From assembly GCA_019429005.1 (NCBI GenBank), contig JAHYJR010000006.1:1-56302 (forward strand): a DNA stretch of 56,302 nt, read 5' to 3'. Source of the stretch: Nanobdellati archaeon. Its GTDB lineage: Archaea; EX4484-52; GLR71. The notes under the pieces were generated by a model, which saw only the letters and a list, made by a program, of their open reading frames with translations, ran no database searches and was not told where the DNA came from. Positions 1 through 9,765 of the stretch are shown one piece after another. Position numbers and translations under genes: made by a program. Each line of letters starts with the position of its first letter. Positions within the stretch are counted from its first letter, which is position 1.

Positions 1-168
1 ACAATAATTGTATAACAAAAAACAATAATTGTATAACAAAAAACAATAATTGTATAACAAAAAACAATAATTGTATAACAAAAAACAATAATTGTATAAC
101 AAAAAACAATAATTGTATAACAAAAAACAATAATTGTATAACAAAAAAAAATAATTGTATAACAAAAA
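1..168. repeat. Tandem array, 21-bp unit ACAATAATTGTATAACAAAAA, 8 copies visible, runs off the window start
   Basis: Seven identical units plus one with a single substitution; no spacers. Confidence 0.97.
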
Positions 169-180
169 CGTATATATACT
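163..180 (+). promoter_or_regulatory. Putative BRE/TATA promoter for the glycogen cluster
   Basis: AAAAACGTATATATAC directly follows the last repeat unit; a similar motif occurs at ~29831. Confidence 0.4.
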
Positions 181-252
181 TGGCTTTACAAATTAAATAG
201 TATATATAGTTTGGAATATATAATTATATTACTTTTTAATTTAGTGAAGCTC

Positions 253-1023
253 ATGCAACAATCAACTGATACGGTTAAAAAACTGAATTCAAATGAACAA
301 CATTCTGAATATATCAGGCAGATGTTTATAGATAAAATACTTCAACAAATTAAATATAATCCGGATGACATGTCATATGGCAAAAAACCAAAAAGTGTTG
401 TTCTTCTTTCTTCTGAATATCTCCCAAAAAATATTTCTGAAATAGCTCTTCATTGTAAGAGTCTTGCAGATGGTCTTGTTGATAAGGGTATAAACGTTAA
501 TGTAATTACTCCAGATCCTTGGAAAGATGGGCAAGTTGTAGAAATGGGTGGTGTTAAAGTTCATTATATTAATAACAGTATTAAATCGTATAGTCCTTTG
601 ACTTGGGCTCTTACATTAAATATGGAGATTGGTAAAGCTGTGTCAAAGATAGTATATGAGGGTGATGGTCCAATTGATCTTATACATGCACATCAATGGG
701 AAATGTTTCCATCAGCACTTATGCTTCAATCTGCTTTAAAGAGACCTCTTGTTGTCAATTATTATTCAACTCAAGAACAGAGAACACCTTTCGTTAATAA
801 TTTGTATACTGATTCTGTTAAAAATATAGAATATAGTGCTAGTAATGATTCTGATAAGATACATGTTCATGATTGTTGGTTGAAGAGTGAAGTTATGAGA
901 CAATATTCACCAAAAAATGAAAAAGTCAATGTTTTAGATCCCTCAAAAAGACGTTGGACAAGTGATGTTGTTCGTGATTATAAATGGGTTATGCAGAATT
1001 GTAATCGAAATAATGGGCATTAA
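253..1023 (+). CDS. GT4-like protein with only the N-terminal GT-B domain
   Basis: Aligns by eye with the N-half of the next gene (SSEYLP vs TWEFPP, IDLIHAHQW vs VDLIHAHDW); no EPFG motif. ATG 253 preferred over TTG 211. Confidence 0.75.
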   Translation: MQQSTDTVKKLNSNEQHSEYIRQMFIDKILQQIKYNPDDMSYGKKPKSVVLLSSEYLPKNISEIALHCKSLADGLVDKGINVNVITPDPWKDGQVVEMGGVKVHYINNSIKSYSPLTWALTLNMEIGKAVSKIVYEGDGPIDLIHAHQWEMFPSALMLQSALKRPLVVNYYSTQEQRTPFVNNLYTDSVKNIEYSASNDSDKIHVHDCWLKSEVMRQYSPKNEKVNVLDPSKRRWTSDVVRDYKWVMQNCNRNNGH

Positions 1024-1060
1024 GTTTATGTTAATATTTATTTTATTTAGGTAAGTTTTT

Positions 1061-2275
1061 ATGAAAGTAATGCATCTTACATGGGAGTTTCCACCAAATA
1101 AAGTTGGTGGTATAGCTTCAGTTCTAGAGAATCTTACTAAATCTCAATTAAAATGTGGTGTGACACCAATTGTTGTGACTTGTGCTTTTGAAGGTAAGGA
1201 AGGTTATGAGAATTATGAAGGTGTTCATGTATATCGTTTTAATGCAGATAATATACCTGCTGAAGATTTTCCATCATGGGCTCTTGAGATGAATCTTCTT
1301 ATGCAGAGGGTTGCATCTGATGTTATTAATAAAGAAGGTGGTGTGGATCTTATACATGCTCATGATTGGCTTGTTGCAATGCCTGCTATTTCTTTGAAAC
1401 ATCTATATAGGATTCCTTTGATATCTACAATTCATGCTCTTGAATCAGGGCGATATGGCGGTATTAATGGTGATCGTCAGGAATTTATACATAGTCTTGA
1501 AGGGCGTTTGGTTTTTGAGTCTTGGAAAGTTATATGTAATTCTGAATTTATGAAAAATAGTGTCTTAAATGCATTTCATGTACCTTGGGATCAAGTTAGT
1601 GTGATTCCAAATGGCGTGTCAATAGAATCTATGGAAGCACCATCCAATATATCTGATATTCGAAATAATTTTGCAATGTCAAATGAAAAAATCATAACAT
1701 ATGTTGGTCGACATGTTTTTGAAAAAGGTGTAGATGTTCTTGTTGGTGCGGTTCCATCAGTTTTATCAAAACATCCAGAAGTCAAATTTGTAATTTGCGG
1801 TACAGGATACATGAGAGATAGATGTAAGAATATTGCAAATGAACTTGGTGTTTCGGATAAAGTAATTTTCCCTGATTTTATTGATGATAATACAAGGAAT
1901 GCTTTGCTTCATATGTCAAGTGTTTTTGTTGTACCATCACGGTATGAACCTTTTGGTATAACACCTCTTGAAGCAATGGCTTGTAATACGCCGGTTGTTG
2001 TATCTGATACGGGTGGTTTGAGCGAAATTGTGGAACATGAAAAAGATGGTATAAAAGTGTATCCTGATAATTCTAAATCTCTTGCATGGGGAATAAATCG
2101 TGTGCTTGAAGATGATAATTTATCAAACTATCTTGTACAAAATGCTAAAAAGAAGATAGATGAATTATATAATTGGGATAAGATTGCATTAAACGTTCAA
2201 ATTGTGTATGATATAATACATAAAGAATATACGGATTTAAATTGGAAACCTGTTGTATCTTTTATTGAAAAATAA
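1061..2275 (+). CDS. Glycosyltransferase family 4 (GT-B), glycogen/alpha-glucan associated
   Basis: WEFPP..GG, HAHDW, YVGR, PSRYEPFGITPLEAMA motifs. Confidence 0.92.
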   Translation: MKVMHLTWEFPPNKVGGIASVLENLTKSQLKCGVTPIVVTCAFEGKEGYENYEGVHVYRFNADNIPAEDFPSWALEMNLLMQRVASDVINKEGGVDLIHAHDWLVAMPAISLKHLYRIPLISTIHALESGRYGGINGDRQEFIHSLEGRLVFESWKVICNSEFMKNSVLNAFHVPWDQVSVIPNGVSIESMEAPSNISDIRNNFAMSNEKIITYVGRHVFEKGVDVLVGAVPSVLSKHPEVKFVICGTGYMRDRCKNIANELGVSDKVIFPDFIDDNTRNALLHMSSVFVVPSRYEPFGITPLEAMACNTPVVVSDTGGLSEIVEHEKDGIKVYPDNSKSLAWGINRVLEDDNLSNYLVQNAKKKIDELYNWDKIALNVQIVYDIIHKEYTDLNWKPVVSFIEK

Positions 2276-2388
2276 TAAGATTTGTAAAATTGTTTTAATA
2301 TTTTTTAAGATATTGATTTTTTTAGTTTAATCTTGTAACTATAAATACATCTATTGAGAAATTATATAGTATCTATATATGTGGTCTT

Positions 2389-3753
2389 ATGAGTTCTGTA
2401 TGTTTTTATTTTCAAGTGCATCAGCCAAGACGGTTGAAACCTGGACATCTTATAAATACGTCAGGTGTGAATACAATAGCTAAACTTGATAATGCTATTT
2501 TTGATGACCATAAAAATAAAGAGATTATTGATAAGGTTGCAGGGAAATGTTATTTTCCAGCTAATAATCTTATGCTTGATCAAATTGAGGAATTTAAAGG
2601 GCAGAGACGTAAATTTAAAATATCTTATTCTTTGAGTGGTGTGTTTATAGATACGCTTGAGCGACATAACCGTGATCTTCTTGAAAGTTTTAAACTGCTT
2701 TCAGATTCTGGTTGTGTTGAATTTCTTTCAGAGACTTATTATCATTCTCTTTCAAGTTTTTGGGGTCAAGGTGTCGATCGTACAGAGTTTAAAGATCAGG
2801 TAAAGATGCATTATGATACTGTAAAATCTCTTCTTGGTTATAAACCTAAAGTTTTTAGAAATACTGAGCTTCTTTATAATAATTCTATTGCAAAGACTGT
2901 TGAGTCTATGGGGTTCAAAGGTATACTTGCAGAAGGTATTGAACGTGCGCTTGAGGGTTGGAAATCACCTGAATATGTGTATACACCACCTCAATCAAAG
3001 ATTGCGATTCTTCTTAGGCATTATAAATTAAGTGATGATATGTCTTATAGGTTTTCAGCAAGATGGTTTGAAGGCTGGCCTGTAACTGCTGATAAATATG
3101 CTGGATGGGTATCTCAATGTCAGGGTGAGACAATTAATCTTTTTATGGATTATGAGACGTTTGGTGAGCATCAATGGCATGATACAGGGATATTTAATTT
3201 TCTGCGTCATCTTCCTCAACATATACTTAAATGGGACCATATGGATTTTAAGACACCTAGTGAAATTATAAGTTCGTATAAACCGAAAGGCACAATTGAC
3301 ATATCTGATTTTTCAACAATCTCATGGGCGGATCTTGAGCGAGATTCAAGTGCATGGTTAGGTAATGATATGCAAAGGCTTGTCTTTAGAGAATTGCAGC
3401 GTATAGGTTTGTTTGTATTGAAAACTAAAGATAAGGATTTAATTGGGATTTGGCGACATTTACAGACTTCTGATCATCTTTATTATTGTTGCACTAAATC
3501 GTGGGGTGACGGGGACGTTCATACTTATTTTAGTCCTTATGGAACACCGCATGAATCTTTTGAAGCTTTGATTAAAGCAATGACTCAGCTTGAGTTTGTT
3601 GCAAAAAAGAAGCTTAAAGAACTAAATTTAGATAATAATTTGGAACATATATCATCTTTAGATGCTAAATCTAAAACATTTTATGATGTATTAAATCTAA
3701 GTCAGAAAGTGAAAGATGGATTGTCTGGAAAAAGTAAGCCTAAAGTCAATTGA
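2389..3753 (+). CDS. Glycoside hydrolase family 57 (alpha-amylase type)
   Basis: FQVHQP, ETYYHS, FRNTEL, FMDYETFGEHQW, LQTSDHLYY motifs. Confidence 0.95.
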   Translation: MSSVCFYFQVHQPRRLKPGHLINTSGVNTIAKLDNAIFDDHKNKEIIDKVAGKCYFPANNLMLDQIEEFKGQRRKFKISYSLSGVFIDTLERHNRDLLESFKLLSDSGCVEFLSETYYHSLSSFWGQGVDRTEFKDQVKMHYDTVKSLLGYKPKVFRNTELLYNNSIAKTVESMGFKGILAEGIERALEGWKSPEYVYTPPQSKIAILLRHYKLSDDMSYRFSARWFEGWPVTADKYAGWVSQCQGETINLFMDYETFGEHQWHDTGIFNFLRHLPQHILKWDHMDFKTPSEIISSYKPKGTIDISDFSTISWADLERDSSAWLGNDMQRLVFRELQRIGLFVLKTKDKDLIGIWRHLQTSDHLYYCCTKSWGDGDVHTYFSPYGTPHESFEALIKAMTQLEFVAKKKLKELNLDNNLEHISSLDAKSKTFYDVLNLSQKVKDGLSGKSKPKVN

Positions 3754-3776
3754 TTTTTTTAGATTGTTATTTTTAT

Positions 3777-5858
3777 TTAGAAAGTAATCTGTATCAAATT
3801 ACTTTTTTGTGTTTTAAATTCTATAATATTATCTTTGATTTTTGTTTTTTTGTTATTAATTGTTATTTCTTTTGTAATGATGTTGAAATTTTTGATATTT
3901 AGTTTTATTTTTAAATTTGGTTTTTTTTCAAAGTTAAATCCAATTTCAATCATAGCATCTTTTAGTTTTATCTCCGTTTCAAGATGATAGTTTCCTATAA
4001 TTTTATTTTTTCGTGATGCATATTTCCATTCTGATGGTATTGCCGGAATTATTTCAATAGTGCTTGTTGAAAGGTTTGGTCTTATTCCAAATAGATAATT
4101 ATCAATCGCATGTACAAATAGGGCTGATGACCATGCTTGAATATGTGCTCCTGTCAATTGTCCTGTTTCGGCATTATAGCATTCTCCAATTGTTCCGATT
4201 TGGTTCTGTTTCATATGGTTTGCCATGGTATTTAGGTATTTTAAACCATCGTCTTTAAGACTATATTCGAAATTTGCACAAGCTACCCATCCTGTTGTAA
4301 GGCCCCAGACGGAACCTGTATGATATCCTTCAGGATTATATGTTGGGTCATATTTTGATCTTGTTCTTGCACCATAAGCTGTTTTGAATTCAGTGTTAAT
4401 CTTATCAAGTGCAAGTAGAGCTTCTTCTTCAGGTACTTGTCCAAACATAAGAGGTACGGCTGCATTAATAGTCAGTGATTTATCTTTATCTTTTCCGAAT
4501 GTGTCAAGGAAATATTTTGAATCTTTGTCCCAAAAGAATTTTATAAGCATATCTTTCAAGTCGTCTGAAAGTTCTTTGTTATTAGATTCAAGTGCATGAA
4601 TCCATAGAGCTTGAATATCTATTGCAGTTCCAGTTCTTTTAAGGGTATCCATCCATGTTTCGTTTGATTCATGTATCACGAAATCCGAATCTAACTTTAA
4701 TGATTTTAATGAGGTTTTGATATTTTTTTTGAATTCTGTCAATATTTTTTTATCTCCGCTATGTTTTACATAATAATCTAAAGCAATAAGGAAAAGGGGG
4801 TCTGTGTCTGCTCCAATATATGATGTATTACCCTTAGTATCAACTAGATTTGGTATACGTTCTTTTTGGTATTTAAGCAATGTTTTCATGCATTCTTTTG
4901 CGGTCTTGAATTCACCCATATCAATTAATCCTAAAAGTGACCAGAATGTATCTCTTCCCCAGAATTCTTGAAACCAAGGCATACCTGCAAAAATGCCAGA
5001 ACCAATTGTTGAATTATGTACGAGGTTATGTGTATTAAGTGCGGCCCATGTGAATTTTTTATCTAGGTCAGAATCTGTTTTTATTGTTGATGTTTTTATT
5101 ATATTATTAATTGAATCTGTTTTATTGTTTATTACGTTTTCAAGATTTTGTAATATATAGTCATATGTGTTTTGTGCATCTTGTGCAGATATGTTTGATG
5201 TTGCAAAGATTATTGGTATTTTGATTGTTTCTTTTGCTTCAAGTGTGGTTTTTATAATAAGACTACCTGGTATGTAACATCTTTCTTTTTCATTATTTTG
5301 ATAATGTTCTTTGTATTTTTCAGATTCTTTAAAATTAATCTCTATTGTTTTTGATGGTTGACCCGTTCCAAAAATAATATTATCTGTTTTATTTTTTCCA
5401 GAAATTAATATTGCGCGTCTTATATCTATGAATTTATTTGAATATTCTCGCTCATGATAATTTTCATATTTTGTGCGTATGTTGATTGCGATTTCTGGAT
5501 TTATTTCAATATCTGTTTTTGTTTTTGCTGTATTTTCTATTGTAATAATTGAAATCATCGCACTTGAATTTTCAGGTATGAATACAGTTTCTTTAATATT
5601 TAGATTTGTTATTTTGTATTCGTGTTCTGAATAGGTTGGTTTTTGTATAAATTTTGTTGAATTTTTAATATCTAGCCATGTGTTGTTTATTTTATAAGCG
5701 TAATATTCTAAAAATTTATTTGGTGGGGACCAAAGACCACACCATTTTGTTCTAAAACCAGAATCGGCATATCTATGAAAAAAAGATGTTCTTCCAAGTT
5801 CACTATAACATGTGTCTTTGAAGTCTTTAGAATTTATTAGCCAATCCAAATTTACCAT
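3777..5858 (-). CDS. Amylo-alpha-1,6-glucosidase / glycogen debranching enzyme
   Basis: AGMPWFQEFWGRD, ETWMD, YHTGSVW, QAWSSA motifs; glycogen gene context. Confidence 0.88.
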   Translation of the reverse strand: MVNLDWLINSKDFKDTCYSELGRTSFFHRYADSGFRTKWCGLWSPPNKFLEYYAYKINNTWLDIKNSTKFIQKPTYSEHEYKITNLNIKETVFIPENSSAMISIITIENTAKTKTDIEINPEIAINIRTKYENYHEREYSNKFIDIRRAILISGKNKTDNIIFGTGQPSKTIEINFKESEKYKEHYQNNEKERCYIPGSLIIKTTLEAKETIKIPIIFATSNISAQDAQNTYDYILQNLENVINNKTDSINNIIKTSTIKTDSDLDKKFTWAALNTHNLVHNSTIGSGIFAGMPWFQEFWGRDTFWSLLGLIDMGEFKTAKECMKTLLKYQKERIPNLVDTKGNTSYIGADTDPLFLIALDYYVKHSGDKKILTEFKKNIKTSLKSLKLDSDFVIHESNETWMDTLKRTGTAIDIQALWIHALESNNKELSDDLKDMLIKFFWDKDSKYFLDTFGKDKDKSLTINAAVPLMFGQVPEEEALLALDKINTEFKTAYGARTRSKYDPTYNPEGYHTGSVWGLTTGWVACANFEYSLKDDGLKYLNTMANHMKQNQIGTIGECYNAETGQLTGAHIQAWSSALFVHAIDNYLFGIRPNLSTSTIEIIPAIPSEWKYASRKNKIIGNYHLETEIKLKDAMIEIGFNFEKKPNLKIKLNIKNFNIITKEITINNKKTKIKDNIIEFKTQKSNLIQITF

Positions 5859-5985
5859 AACTTACATATATAGGTAAGGAGTATAAATATGTTATTATAG
5901 AAAATATGTTATTAAAGAAAACAGTTACTGTTTGCGATTTGTAGTGACTAGTTAGTGCAGAATAAAGGTATGTGTATTTATTTGG

Positions 5986-7812
5986 GTGATTATATTGGAA
6001 GCTAAAGCTGATTATTTTTTTGAAGTATCTTTTGAAGTTGCAAATAAAGTTGGTGGAATATATACTGTGCTTAAATCTAAAGCATCTGAAATGTCACGTT
6101 ATTATGGGGATAATTATTATACTATTGGTTTTTTCTCGCCGAATTCTTCAAGATTTGAGTTTATATCAAAAGATGAAGATGAATTCAAAATTATTTTTGA
6201 TGAAATGTTGAAATTAGGTATAAGGTGTTATTATGGTGTGTGGGACATACCAGGAAAACCTAAAACCATATTGATTGATATTAAGGATTATACATCTAAT
6301 ATTAATTCTATTAAAGGGTGGCTTTGGGATACATATTATATTGATTCTCTTTATTCAGATTCATGGTTTGATGAACCTGTAATTTGGAGTTATGCTTGCG
6401 GTATACTTCTTGAGAAAATGGAAAAACATTTTAAAGGTAATATCGTTTCACAGTTTCATGAATGGATGGCTGGTATTGGTCTTCTTTATCTTAAATATAA
6501 TAAATCAAAGATTGCAACAGTATTTACAACACATGCTACTATGCTTGGACGTTCAATGGCAGCTGCTAATAAGCCACTTGTTTCTATGATTGAAGATGGT
6601 CTTAAAGTTGGGTCAATTATAGATCAGAAGACTGCTTATGATTTTAATGTGCAAGCAAAACATCAGACTGAAAAGGCTTGTTGTGAAAATGCGGGGGTTT
6701 TTACGACTGTAAGTGAAACGACTGCTTTGGAGTCTGAATATATTTTAGGTAAAAAACCAGATGTTGTTCTTCCAAATGGTTTTAATATGAGTGATTTTCC
6801 TAAGATGGAGGAATTATCGTATCTCCACAAAAAAAATAAAAATAAAATAATTCATATGCTTAAGGCGTATTTTGCACCTTATTATAGTATTAATCTTGAT
6901 GATCCACGTATTATAATGACATCAGGTCGTTATGAATTTCATAATAAAGGAATTGACCTTCTGATAGATAGTCTTTCTGAGTTGAATATTCGTCTTAAAA
7001 AAGAAAAATCAGATAAAGATGTTTTTGTATTTTTTGCGATACCTTCAGATGTAAGAGGTGATAAAATTTCAGTTCTTGAAAATCAATCTTTATATCAAGA
7101 AATTGGTGATTATGCTGATGAAATTACATTTGAAATAAAAGATTTAATTGTAGATAATATTATTTTTAAGGGTGAATCTTTATCTAAAACGGTATCCAGT
7201 TTTATTGAACAGAAACATCTTGGAAAACTTAAACGTTTTTCAGAATCTTTTAATAAAAAAGATGGTTTACCACCACTTTGTTCAGCGTTTCTCAATTATT
7301 CTGAAGATTCTGATTCTATAATAAGTAGTTTAAAATCTAAAGGTCTCTTAAATCGTAAAGAAGATAGGGTTAAGGTTATATTTTATCCGATTTATATTTC
7401 ATCTACAGAGAGGGTTCTTCCTTTAGATTATAATTCAATGATTACAGGATGTACGCTTTCAGTATTTCCATCTTATTATGAACCTTGGGGTTATACACCT
7501 GTTGAAGCTATTGCAAATGGTGTGCTTACAATTACAACAGATCTTGCTGGTGTTGGACAGTTCATGCTTAAAAATATAAATATTAAGAAGAATAAAGGTT
7601 TATCTATACTTGAAAGGCGTGGAAAATCTTATGATTCTGCCATGCTTGACCTTTCAAAAATGATATATGATGTTGTCTTTATGTCTGAAGAAGATTTGAT
7701 AAAAAGTAAGCATAATGCAAAAGAGATTTCAAGGTTAGTTGATTGGAAATATCTTTCTGTGAATTATATTGAAGCACATAATCTTGCGCTTTCAAAGCAG
7801 AATATTAAATAA
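5986..7812 (+). CDS. Glycogen synthase, GT3 family
   Basis: FEVSFEVANKVGGIYTV, HEWMAG, FTTHATMLGR, GRYEFHNKG, FPSYYEPWGYTP. Confidence 0.93.
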   Translation: MIILEAKADYFFEVSFEVANKVGGIYTVLKSKASEMSRYYGDNYYTIGFFSPNSSRFEFISKDEDEFKIIFDEMLKLGIRCYYGVWDIPGKPKTILIDIKDYTSNINSIKGWLWDTYYIDSLYSDSWFDEPVIWSYACGILLEKMEKHFKGNIVSQFHEWMAGIGLLYLKYNKSKIATVFTTHATMLGRSMAAANKPLVSMIEDGLKVGSIIDQKTAYDFNVQAKHQTEKACCENAGVFTTVSETTALESEYILGKKPDVVLPNGFNMSDFPKMEELSYLHKKNKNKIIHMLKAYFAPYYSINLDDPRIIMTSGRYEFHNKGIDLLIDSLSELNIRLKKEKSDKDVFVFFAIPSDVRGDKISVLENQSLYQEIGDYADEITFEIKDLIVDNIIFKGESLSKTVSSFIEQKHLGKLKRFSESFNKKDGLPPLCSAFLNYSEDSDSIISSLKSKGLLNRKEDRVKVIFYPIYISSTERVLPLDYNSMITGCTLSVFPSYYEPWGYTPVEAIANGVLTITTDLAGVGQFMLKNINIKKNKGLSILERRGKSYDSAMLDLSKMIYDVVFMSEEDLIKSKHNAKEISRLVDWKYLSVNYIEAHNLALSKQNIK

Positions 7813-7830
7813 TTAATTTTATGTATAAAC

Positions 7831-8163
7831 GTGATTTTTTTGGATATAACATATAGTATAGAAAATATTGAAAATTTTAATAAGATTATAATCAATGTTA
7901 TGGATTTTGGAAGACCTATTGATGCTAGTGTTTCTGTATCTCTGAAAACGTTTGAGGGTAATGAATACATATTTATACCGTCTTATGTTTCTGTTGGGAC
8001 TAATCCTAAAAAAACGGCATATCCTGAGGAATATATTAATTTTGTTAATGTTACAGATATTGGTGAATTTACATTATTTTTTCATTCTAAAGAGAAAATA
8101 AAGACAATGCAGGTTTTTGTCCAGTATCGTGATGTTCTTTTGGATAAAGTTTTTGAATTGTGA
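7831..8163 (+). CDS. Hypothetical protein
   Basis: 110-aa ORF with coding-like composition, 18 bp after glycogen synthase. Confidence 0.6.
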   Translation: MIFLDITYSIENIENFNKIIINVMDFGRPIDASVSVSLKTFEGNEYIFIPSYVSVGTNPKKTAYPEEYINFVNVTDIGEFTLFFHSKEKIKTMQVFVQYRDVLLDKVFEL

Positions 8164-8177
8164 TTTTAAGTTTAATA

Positions 8178-8687
8178 TATTTTAAATCTTATTTCAAATC
8201 TTATTTTAAATCTTATTTTAAATCTTATTTTAAATCTTATTTTAAATCTTATTTTAAATCTTATTTTAAATCTTATTTTAAATCTTATTTTAAATTTTAT
8301 TTTAAATCTTATTTTAAATTTTATTTTAAATCTTATTTTAAATCTTATTTTAAATTTTATTTTAAATCTTATTTTAAATCTTATTTTAAATCTTATTTCA
8401 AATCGTATTTTAAATCTTATTTCAAATCGTATTTTAAATCTTATTTCAAATCTTATTTTAAATCTTATTTCAAATCTTATTTCAAATCTTATTTTAAATC
8501 TTATTTTAAATCTTATTTTAAATCTTATTTTAAATCTTATTTTAAATCTTATTTTAAATCTTATTTCAAATCTTATTTCAAATCTAATTTTAAATCTAAT
8601 TTTAAATCTTATTTCAAATCTTATTTCAAATCTTATTTTAAATTTTATTTTAAATCTTATTTTAAATCTTATTTCAAATCTTATTTT
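8178..8687. repeat. Tandem array, 12-bp unit TATTTTAAATCT, 42 copies with minor variants
   Basis: Counted from the sequence; variants TATTTCAAATCT, TATTTTAAATTT, TATTTCAAATCG, AATTTTAAATCT. Confidence 0.98.
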
Positions 8688-8773
8688 TTATCTTTTTTTG
8701 TTGATATTTAAACAGAATGTTTTTAAAATAACTTATGTCTAATTTAAATAGATATTTTAAAATGGTGTTTTTT

Positions 8774-9292
8774 ATGGATAATAAGATGTTTGGTATAATA
8801 TTGATTGTATTATGTCTTGGTATGGGTTTTGTGGTTTTTGAATTTACAGATGCACTTACGCAGATAACCGAAGATAGTTGTGATTGTACAGATATGGCGG
8901 ATAGTGGTGATTATTGTCCTCATAGTGGAAAAACACCTTGGCAGACATATTTTGGTATATTTATTACAAGTGCTATTGGTGCTTTAGGTTTGTATCTTAT
9001 CTTTTTTGAAAAATCTCAAGGTGCAATTTTAAATCGACTTGAAAATAATAAGAAAACTATATCTGATAAAGAAAAGTTTGATATACTTTTTATGGGGCTC
9101 GATCCTTATGAGAAGAAAGTTATGAATGCTGTAATGTTGCGAGATGGTATAACACAGCAGACTTTAAGGTATCGAACAGATATGCATAAGTCAAAGCTTA
9201 GTATTGTTCTTGATGGTCTTGAGAAAAAGGGCATAATAACTCGTGTTGAGAAAGGTAAGACAAAACAGGTATTTCTTAAGATTGCTTTTTAA
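8774..9292 (+). CDS. Membrane-anchored transcriptional regulator (2 TM + C-terminal MarR-like winged helix)
   Basis: Two hydrophobic helices flank a Cys/His loop (CDC..CPH); GITQQTLRYRTDMHKSKLSIVLDGLEKKGII wHTH. Confidence 0.8.
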   Translation: MDNKMFGIILIVLCLGMGFVVFEFTDALTQITEDSCDCTDMADSGDYCPHSGKTPWQTYFGIFITSAIGALGLYLIFFEKSQGAILNRLENNKKTISDKEKFDILFMGLDPYEKKVMNAVMLRDGITQQTLRYRTDMHKSKLSIVLDGLEKKGIITRVEKGKTKQVFLKIAF

Positions 9293-9479
9293 GTTATCTT
9301 AAGATTTGTTCTTTTTTAATTAATAATTCTAAAAAAAATATACTTTTTTTCATTTTTTTCAAACAGCTCTATAAACGGTTAGGTTTATGAATTTAGTGTT
9401 TTAAGCTCTTTTTTAATAGTCAGTTTCAGCACTAAAGTATATATCATATTGTGTTAATATTTATGTTAAGGTGTTTGGT

Positions 9480-9692
9480 ATGAAATCTATCAAATTAAAA
9501 ATATATGGCATGCATTGTCCTTCGTGTACAATGTTGATTCAAGATGTAGTTGAAGATCTTGATGGTGTTATAAAAGCTGATGTATCTTTGGAATCATCAC
9601 GTCTTAGGGTGTTTTTTGATGACACTCTTATCGATGAAAGAACTATACGAGATGCAGTTGAATCTGAAGGTTATAAAACCGAAAAAACCTGA
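9480..9692 (+). CDS. copZ: Copper chaperone (HMA domain)
   Basis: GMHCPSC motif in a ~70-aa protein. Confidence 0.9.
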   Translation: MKSIKLKIYGMHCPSCTMLIQDVVEDLDGVIKADVSLESSRLRVFFDDTLIDERTIRDAVESEGYKTEKT

Positions 9693-9765
9693 TTTAATTT
9701 AATATTAGATTTGGATCTCGAATAATATGAGATCATTAATCTCGAAATATAATAAAAAATAAGAT

